Below, in pieces: positions 58,217-64,000 of a DNA stretch of 64,000 nucleotides. The first letter of the stretch is position 1, and each line of letters begins with the position of its first letter. Source of the DNA: an uncultured Flavobacteriaceae bacterium (lineage in GTDB: Bacteria > Bacteroidota > Bacteroidia > Flavobacteriales > Flavobacteriaceae); contig CAZAPO010000269.1 of NCBI GenBank assembly GCA_964487005.1, positions 5,612-69,611 on the forward strand. Direction: 5' to 3'. The notes under the pieces were generated by a model, which searched no databases, was not told the origin of the DNA, and saw only the letters and a program-made list of their open reading frames with translations. Made by a program: the position numbers and the translations under genes.

Positions 58217-61200
58217 TTGATTAAGTCTTCTTTTAATATTTATGATGCTTCTGCTGGAAGTGGTAAGACCTTTACTTTAGTAAAGGAATATTTAAAGATT
58301 CTTTTCTCTTCTAGCTTCAATGAATCCTATAGGAATATTCTAGCATTAACCTTTACAAATAAAGCTGTTGGGGAGATGAAAAGCAGAATCATCGAAACAT
58401 TAATGCACTTTTCTGATCATCGCATCATTGAAAATCCAACTAGTATTTTCAATGCTATTTGCAATGAACTGCCTATCAGTCCTGAATCTCTTCATAAAAA
58501 AGCAGGCGTTGTTTTAAATCATCTTATTCACAATTATGCCTCTTTTGAGGTTTCAACTATCGACAAATTCACGCAGCGAGTTATAAGAACCTTTGCACAT
58601 GACTTAAACTTGTCGCAAAATTTTGAAGTAGAATTAGATACAGATAGGTTATTGATGAAAGCTGTTGACAACTTAATAGCAAAAGCAGGATCTGATCAAA
58701 GATTAACAAAAACACTAGTTGAATTCGCAGTTCAAAAAACCGATGAAGATAAAAGCTGGGATGTTAGTTACGATTTAAACAATATTGCCAAACTTCTAGT
58801 TAATGAAAATGATATATCATTTGTTAAACAACTTGAAAGCAAAAAATTAAACGACTTCGAATTATTTAAGCAGGACTTGAACAAACAGATGTCCACCTTA
58901 AAAAATTCTATTGTTAATCACGGTGAAATAGCACTAAAATTAATTGAAGACCATCAAATTGATCACAATTCATTTTCAGGAAAAAATGGATTCCTGCCTT
59001 CGTATTTTAAAAAGATTACAGAAGAAGATTTTAATATAACCTTTGACAAGGTTTGGATGAGTAAATTAAATACTCACCCATTATATCCAAGTACTACTGC
59101 GCCCTTATCTGCAGAGAAAATTGACACTATTCAACCTATGCTTGTGGCCCAATTTAATGCGTCTAAACATCATATTATAGAATGGGGTTTTATACAAAAT
59201 ATATTAAAAAATATTACCCCCCTTTCTGTGCTCACCTTAATCTCAAAAGAATTAACCTCTTTGAAAGAAGATCAGAATTTGATGCTCATTTCAGAGTTTA
59301 ATAATATTATTAGCAACCATATTAAAGAGCAGCCTGCTCCATTTATTTATGAACGTTTGGGAGAAAAATTCAGACATTACTTCATTGATGAGTTTCAAGA
59401 CACTTCAATTCTTCAATGGGAAAACCTAGTCCCATTAATCGCAAATGCTTTATCTGGTGAAAACGCAAGCACACTATTAGTTGGTGATGCAAAGCAGGCT
59501 ATTTATAGATGGCGCGGTGGAAAAGCCGAACAATTTATTGGTCTTTACAATAACGATAACCCATTTTTTATTGATAAGAACATAAATAAACTTCCTATAA
59601 ACTACAGAAGTACTAAAAACATTGTAAACTTTAACAATAACTTTTTTAAACACCTAGCTTCATTTGCTTTTTCAAACAATTCTTATGCGCAGTTATACAA
59701 GAGTAGTCACCAAGATACCTTCCTAGATGCAAACGGTTATGTAAATATCTCTTTTCTTGAGTTCATAAAAGATGATGATAAAGACATACTTTATGCTCAA
59801 CATGTACATAAAATAATTAATAATTGCTTGATTAATGGTTATACTTTGGGTGATATATGCATTCTTGTAAGGCGAAAATCTGAAGGAATGGCCTTGGCAA
59901 AATTCCTTAGTGATGCTGGGGTGAATATTGTATCATCTGAAACCCTATTGATTGATAGCTCAGAAGAGGTTAGATTCATTGTAAGTTTTCTGGAGTACGT
60001 CGCAAATCCAGAGAATATACTTCAAAAGCTTAAAGTGTTAAACTATGTTGGTAAGACGCTTTTGGGTCTAAACGATATGCATGAGTTCCTTGCTTATCAT
60101 GTAGACAAAAGCGTTGATGCCTTTTTTGAATTGTTCAATTCGCTGGGTTTCGGAATTAATCTTGAAGAAATAACTCAAAATAGCTTGACCGAGGGGATAG
60201 CAGCAATTATTTACAGATTTAATCTCAATAAACACTCTAATGCTTATCTTCAATTTTTTCTAGATTTTGCATTGGATTTCAGTGCTCACCAAAATGTAAA
60301 TCTCACGACCTTTCTTGAGTACTATCAGCAGAAAAAAGAAACAATTTCAATTGTGTCACCTGAAGCCACCAATGCCGTAAGAATAATGACTATTCATAAA
60401 TCAAAAGGACTAGAATTTCCAGTGGTGATTTTCCCTTATGCCGATTTAGATATATATCGAGAAAAAAGTCCAAAAATTTGGTTTCATTTGAACCCTGATA
60501 AGTTCAACGATTTTCCTGTTGCATATCTCAACTATAATAAAAATATCCATGATTTTAGTGAAGAAGGGGCAAAATTGTATCAGCAGAGACAAGCTGAACT
60601 TGAATTAGATAATATCAATTTGATGTATGTGGCGTTTACTAGACCAATTGAGCAGCTTTACATTGTGTCTAACAAAAGAGTAGACAAGAAAGGAAATGAA
60701 AATTTGCGATACTATAGCGGTTTATTAATTAATTATTTAAAACATACAGGTTTGTGGGTTGACACCAAACTTGAATACAGTATAGGAAATGCTCAAAGGG
60801 AATTAGATGGAAAAACTGAGAAGCAAATAACTATGCAACAAGCTTCATTTATTTCTACCCCAAAGGAGCATCATAAAATTCAAATGGTTACAAATTCTGG
60901 GTTTTTGTGGGACACTCAACAAAAAGATGCTATAGAAAAAGGGAATTTAATTCACGACATTATGGCGCAAATTAAGACGTCTCAAGATGTGACCATTGCG
61001 CTCGACGATTTTATTACACAAGGAAAAATAACGAGTGAACAAGCAGCTACGCTAAAACCATCAATTATGCAAATAGTATCTCATCCAGACTTAAGAGATT
61101 TCTTTAGCACAAAAAACACTATTTATAACGAGAGAGAAATTATAACGCCTCAAGGTGAAATTTTAAGACCAGATAGAATTATAATTAATCAACACCATGA

Positions 61201-61354
61201 AGCCGTTATAATAGATTATAAAACAGGAGCTCCTAATAAAACATACGAAACCCAGCTATACACCTATGCGAGTGCCATTGAAAAGATGAATATTAAGGTG
61301 GTAAAAAAAATACTTATTTATATCAACGGTGATTTGAAAATAAAAGAAGTTTAA
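58217..61354 (+). CDS. UvrD/AddA-like helicase-nuclease
   Basis: [39 protein letters not shown]; C-terminal RPDR...IIDYKTG nuclease; TTG start. Confidence 0.9.
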   Translation: MIKSSFNIYDASAGSGKTFTLVKEYLKILFSSSFNESYRNILALTFTNKAVGEMKSRIIETLMHFSDHRIIENPTSIFNAICNELPISPESLHKKAGVVLNHLIHNYASFEVSTIDKFTQRVIRTFAHDLNLSQNFEVELDTDRLLMKAVDNLIAKAGSDQRLTKTLVEFAVQKTDEDKSWDVSYDLNNIAKLLVNENDISFVKQLESKKLNDFELFKQDLNKQMSTLKNSIVNHGEIALKLIEDHQIDHNSFSGKNGFLPSYFKKITEEDFNITFDKVWMSKLNTHPLYPSTTAPLSAEKIDTIQPMLVAQFNASKHHIIEWGFIQNILKNITPLSVLTLISKELTSLKEDQNLMLISEFNNIISNHIKEQPAPFIYERLGEKFRHYFIDEFQDTSILQWENLVPLIANALSGENASTLLVGDAKQAIYRWRGGKAEQFIGLYNNDNPFFIDKNINKLPINYRSTKNIVNFNNNFFKHLASFAFSNNSYAQLYKSSHQDTFLDANGYVNISFLEFIKDDDKDILYAQHVHKIINNCLINGYTLGDICILVRRKSEGMALAKFLSDAGVNIVSSETLLIDSSEEVRFIVSFLEYVANPENILQKLKVLNYVGKTLLGLNDMHEFLAYHVDKSVDAFFELFNSLGFGINLEEITQNSLTEGIAAIIYRFNLNKHSNAYLQFFLDFALDFSAHQNVNLTTFLEYYQQKKETISIVSPEATNAVRIMTIHKSKGLEFPVVIFPYADLDIYREKSPKIWFHLNPDKFNDFPVAYLNYNKNIHDFSEEGAKLYQQRQAELELDNINLMYVAFTRPIEQLYIVSNKRVDKKGNENLRYYSGLLINYLKHTGLWVDTKLEYSIGNAQRELDGKTEKQITMQQASFISTPKEHHKIQMVTNSGFLWDTQQKDAIEKGNLIHDIMAQIKTSQDVTIALDDFITQGKITSEQAATLKPSIMQIVSHPDLRDFFSTKNTIYNEREIITPQGEILRPDRIIINQHHEAVIIDYKTGAPNKTYETQLYTYASAIEKMNIKVVKKILIYINGDLKIKEV

Positions 61355-61373
61355 CTTTGCAAAAAACAATTCA

Positions 61374-62567
61374 ATGTACGGAAAGATTAAAGAGCATTTA
61401 CAAAACGAACTTCAAGAAATTAAAGATAATGGCTTGTTTAAGGAAGAACGAATTATTACTTCTTCTCAAGGCGCAGAAATTACCCTAAATACTGGTGAAA
61501 CTGTACTAAATTTTTGCGCGAATAATTATTTAGGATTATCATCACATCCAGAGGTAATTCAAGCGGCGAAAGACACCCTCGATTCGCATGGTTTTGGGAT
61601 GTCGTCGGTTAGGTTTATCTGCGGAACACAAGATATTCATAAAGAATTAGAGGAAAAAATTGCTGCATTTTATGAAACTGAAGATACTATTCTTTATGCC
61701 GCAGCTTTTGATGCCAATGGTGGTGTATTTGAACCATTATTAACAAAGGAAGATGCTATTATTTCAGATTCTTTAAATCACGCATCAATAATTGACGGAG
61801 TAAGGCTGTGTAAAGCAGCTAGATATCGTTATGCAAATAATGACATGGTCGACCTCGAAAAGCAGCTTCAGGAGGCAACTAAAAATGGTGCAAGATTTAA
61901 AATTATTGTCACAGATGGCGTTTTTTCAATGGATGGTCTTGTTGCACCACTCGATGCTATTTGCGACCTCGCCGATAAATACGATGCTTTAGTAATGATT
62001 GATGAGTGCCATGCTGCAGGTTTTATTGGAGAAACCGGTCGTGGAACCCTCGAAGATAAAGGTGTGATGGGAAGAATCGATATCATTACAGGAACCCTTG
62101 GCAAGGCATTAGGAGGAGCAATGGGAGGATATACTACAGGAAAGAAAGAAATTATTGAAATGTTACGTCAAAGATCTAGACCCTATTTATTTTCAAACTC
62201 TTTAGCACCAGCAATTGTTGGTGCATCAATTAAGGTTTTTGACCTCCTCTCAAATGACACAACTTTGCGAGATAAACTTGAATGGAATACGGCCTATTTT
62301 AAAAAGGGAATGGCTAAGGCTGGATTCGATATTATTGATGGTGATTCTGCCATAGTACCCGTAATGCTATACGATGCGAAATTGTCTCAAACAATGGCAA
62401 ATAAATTGTTAGAAGAAGGTATTTATGTGATTGGATTCTTCTTCCCAGTAGTTCCACGAGAAAAAGCCAGAATAAGGGTACAGCTTTCTGCTGCTCATGA
62501 AAAGGAACATTTAGATAAAGCAATTAACGCTTTTATTAAGGTGGGAAAAGCGCTTAAAATATTTTAA
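61374..62567 (+). CDS. kbl: Glycine C-acetyltransferase (2-amino-3-ketobutyrate CoA ligase)
   Basis: [33 protein letters not shown]; -7 element TAACTTTG at 61352-61359. Confidence 0.95.
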   Translation: MYGKIKEHLQNELQEIKDNGLFKEERIITSSQGAEITLNTGETVLNFCANNYLGLSSHPEVIQAAKDTLDSHGFGMSSVRFICGTQDIHKELEEKIAAFYETEDTILYAAAFDANGGVFEPLLTKEDAIISDSLNHASIIDGVRLCKAARYRYANNDMVDLEKQLQEATKNGARFKIIVTDGVFSMDGLVAPLDAICDLADKYDALVMIDECHAAGFIGETGRGTLEDKGVMGRIDIITGTLGKALGGAMGGYTTGKKEIIEMLRQRSRPYLFSNSLAPAIVGASIKVFDLLSNDTTLRDKLEWNTAYFKKGMAKAGFDIIDGDSAIVPVMLYDAKLSQTMANKLLEEGIYVIGFFFPVVPREKARIRVQLSAAHEKEHLDKAINAFIKVGKALKIF

Positions 62568-62616
62568 AAACACCTTTATTTATAAGGGTTTTAATACAAA
62601 AAAAGCAATAATTTCC

Positions 62617-62657
62617 TATATTTGTTTTTGTTAATAAATTTTAACAACTTACTTTTG
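62617..62657 (+). promoter_or_regulatory. Two -7 elements upstream of ompA
   Basis: TATATTTG at 62617 and TACTTTTG at 62650. Confidence 0.5.
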
Positions 62658-62691
62658 TTTACAATTAACACTTAAAATTAAATTATAGAAT

Positions 62692-64000
62692 ATGAAAAAT
62701 CTTAGCAGATTAATGTTCGCTTTGTTGCTAGTAATTGGTTTTAGCAACGTTAACGCACAAGACGAGAATAATCCTTGGCAATTAAACGTAGGGTTTAATG
62801 CCGTTGATTTCTACCCAGTAGGAGACAAAGCTCCACTTGGAGGAAATTTTGATGAATTCTTCAACGCCAAAGACCATTGGAATATGGTTTCAGCCATTTC
62901 GGCATTTAATGTATCTAGATACTTAGGAGATGATTTCTCTTTAGGATTAGGAGCTTCTTTCAATAACATCAAATCTTTTGGTGATGCAGATGTTGATGAC
63001 TTAACATACATTGGAATAGACGGAACAATTAGATATAGTCTAGCAAATGTTTTAAAATGGGGAGCACTAGAACCAGCTATTAACGTAGGTGGTGGATATA
63101 CTTGGGTTGATAAAGTGGGTGCAGGAACTTTAAACGGAGGTTTAGGTTTAAGCTATTGGTTTAACGATAACTTAGGTGTAACTCTTTCTTCAACTTATAA
63201 GCACTCATTTGAAGATTACTTAGCGAAGCATTTCCAACATATGGCATCCATCTCAATTAAATTTGGTGGTACAGATACTGATGGTGATGGTATTTATGAC
63301 AAGTATGATGCATGTCCAGAAGTTGCTGGATTAGAAGCTTTCAATGGTTGTCCAGATAGCGATGGTGATGGTATCGAAGATGCTAAAGATACATGTCCTA
63401 ATGAAGCAGGTTTAGCAGAATTTAATGGTTGTCCAGATAGTGATGGTGACGGTGTTTCAGATAACAACGATAACTGTCCTAATGTTGCTGGATTAAAGTC
63501 ATTAGCTGGTTGTCCAGATGCTGACGGTGATGGTATTGCCGATGGTAATGACAATTGCCCTAACCAAGCTGGTCCTGCAGCCAATAACGGTTGCCCTTGG
63601 CCAGATACAGATGGTGATGGTGTATTAGATAAAGATGATCAATGTCCAAACGAAGCTGGTACTGTTGCTAACAACGGTTGTCCAGAAATAGTAGTTCCTA
63701 CAGAAGAAGTTCAAAATCAGTTAACTGAGTATGCAAGAACTATTAACTTTAATTCAGGAAGATCTACATTTAAAGATGGAACAGAGCCAACATTACAAGC
63801 AATTGCTGCTATCTTAAAGGAGTATCCTAAGGCGAACTTCACAATTGAAGGTCACACAGATAGTACAGGTGGTGATGCTCTTAACCAAAGATTATCTGAA
63901 GCTAGAGCTAATGCTGTTATGGATTATCTAGTAAACAACGGAATTTCTGCTGCCAGATTATCTGCTCAAGGATTTGGTGAAACAATGCCAATAGATTCTA
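62692..64000 (+). CDS. ompA: OmpA family protein with thrombospondin type-3 repeats (3'-partial)
   Basis: Absent from the ORF track because it has no stop in the window. ATG 62692 [20 protein letters not shown], beta-barrel, repeated DxDGDG...D.CP units (~63270-63690), IEGHTDS...NQRLSEARA. Confidence 0.92.
   Translation, partial: MKNLSRLMFALLLVIGFSNVNAQDENNPWQLNVGFNAVDFYPVGDKAPLGGNFDEFFNAKDHWNMVSAISAFNVSRYLGDDFSLGLGASFNNIKSFGDADVDDLTYIGIDGTIRYSLANVLKWGALEPAINVGGGYTWVDKVGAGTLNGGLGLSYWFNDNLGVTLSSTYKHSFEDYLAKHFQHMASISIKFGGTDTDGDGIYDKYDACPEVAGLEAFNGCPDSDGDGIEDAKDTCPNEAGLAEFNGCPDSDGDGVSDNNDNCPNVAGLKSLAGCPDADGDGIADGNDNCPNQAGPAANNGCPWPDTDGDGVLDKDDQCPNEAGTVANNGCPEIVVPTEEVQNQLTEYARTINFNSGRSTFKDGTEPTLQAIAAILKEYPKANFTIEGHTDSTGGDALNQRLSEARANAVMDYLVNNGISAARLSAQGFGETMPIDS

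Noticed and set aside
58217-61354. Helicase-nuclease as a defence system
   Set aside because: Motifs and core-gene context fit an AddA/RecB-like repair enzyme; the partner gene may lie outside the window
747-62523. Numerous 60-160-aa ORFs antisense to or nested in long genes
   Set aside because: They overlap well-supported CDSs and have no recognisable motifs
63270-63690. Repeated GATGGTGATGG / TGTCC units and the antisense 96-aa ORF
   Set aside because: Coding TSP3 repeats of OmpA, a known architecture

Overview
AT-rich chromosomal window of a Flavobacteriaceae bacterium (Bacteroidota), judged from TAnnTTTG promoters, T9SS cargo proteins, porZ-recO, the bat operon and a TSP3-OmpA. It is mostly core genome: two tandem T9SS cargo paralogs, a TonB receptor-recO-porZ cluster, gdhA, yicC-gmk-nadD, gpsA, pheS, sulP plus carbonic anhydrase, moxR-batABCDE, dinB, pyk, acpP-fabF-rnc, purN, RNase H, pfkB, purF, SOD, an AddA-like helicase, kbl and a partial ompA. 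I found no tRNA, rRNA, CRISPR array or mobile element. Two signals stand out. (1) A 100-aa membrane-targeted leader ORF ending in SPPPEYV* lies upstream of sulP-carbonic anhydrase, and its stop codon sits in a long hairpin reaching to 10 nt before the sulP start, as in SecM/MifM/CutF-type ribosome-arrest control. (2) A near-identical tandem pair of ~75-nt structured putative sRNA genes lies between purF and the SOD gene, each with its own promoter-like element and terminator. All calls come from reading the sequence only; no database searches or folding programs were run.
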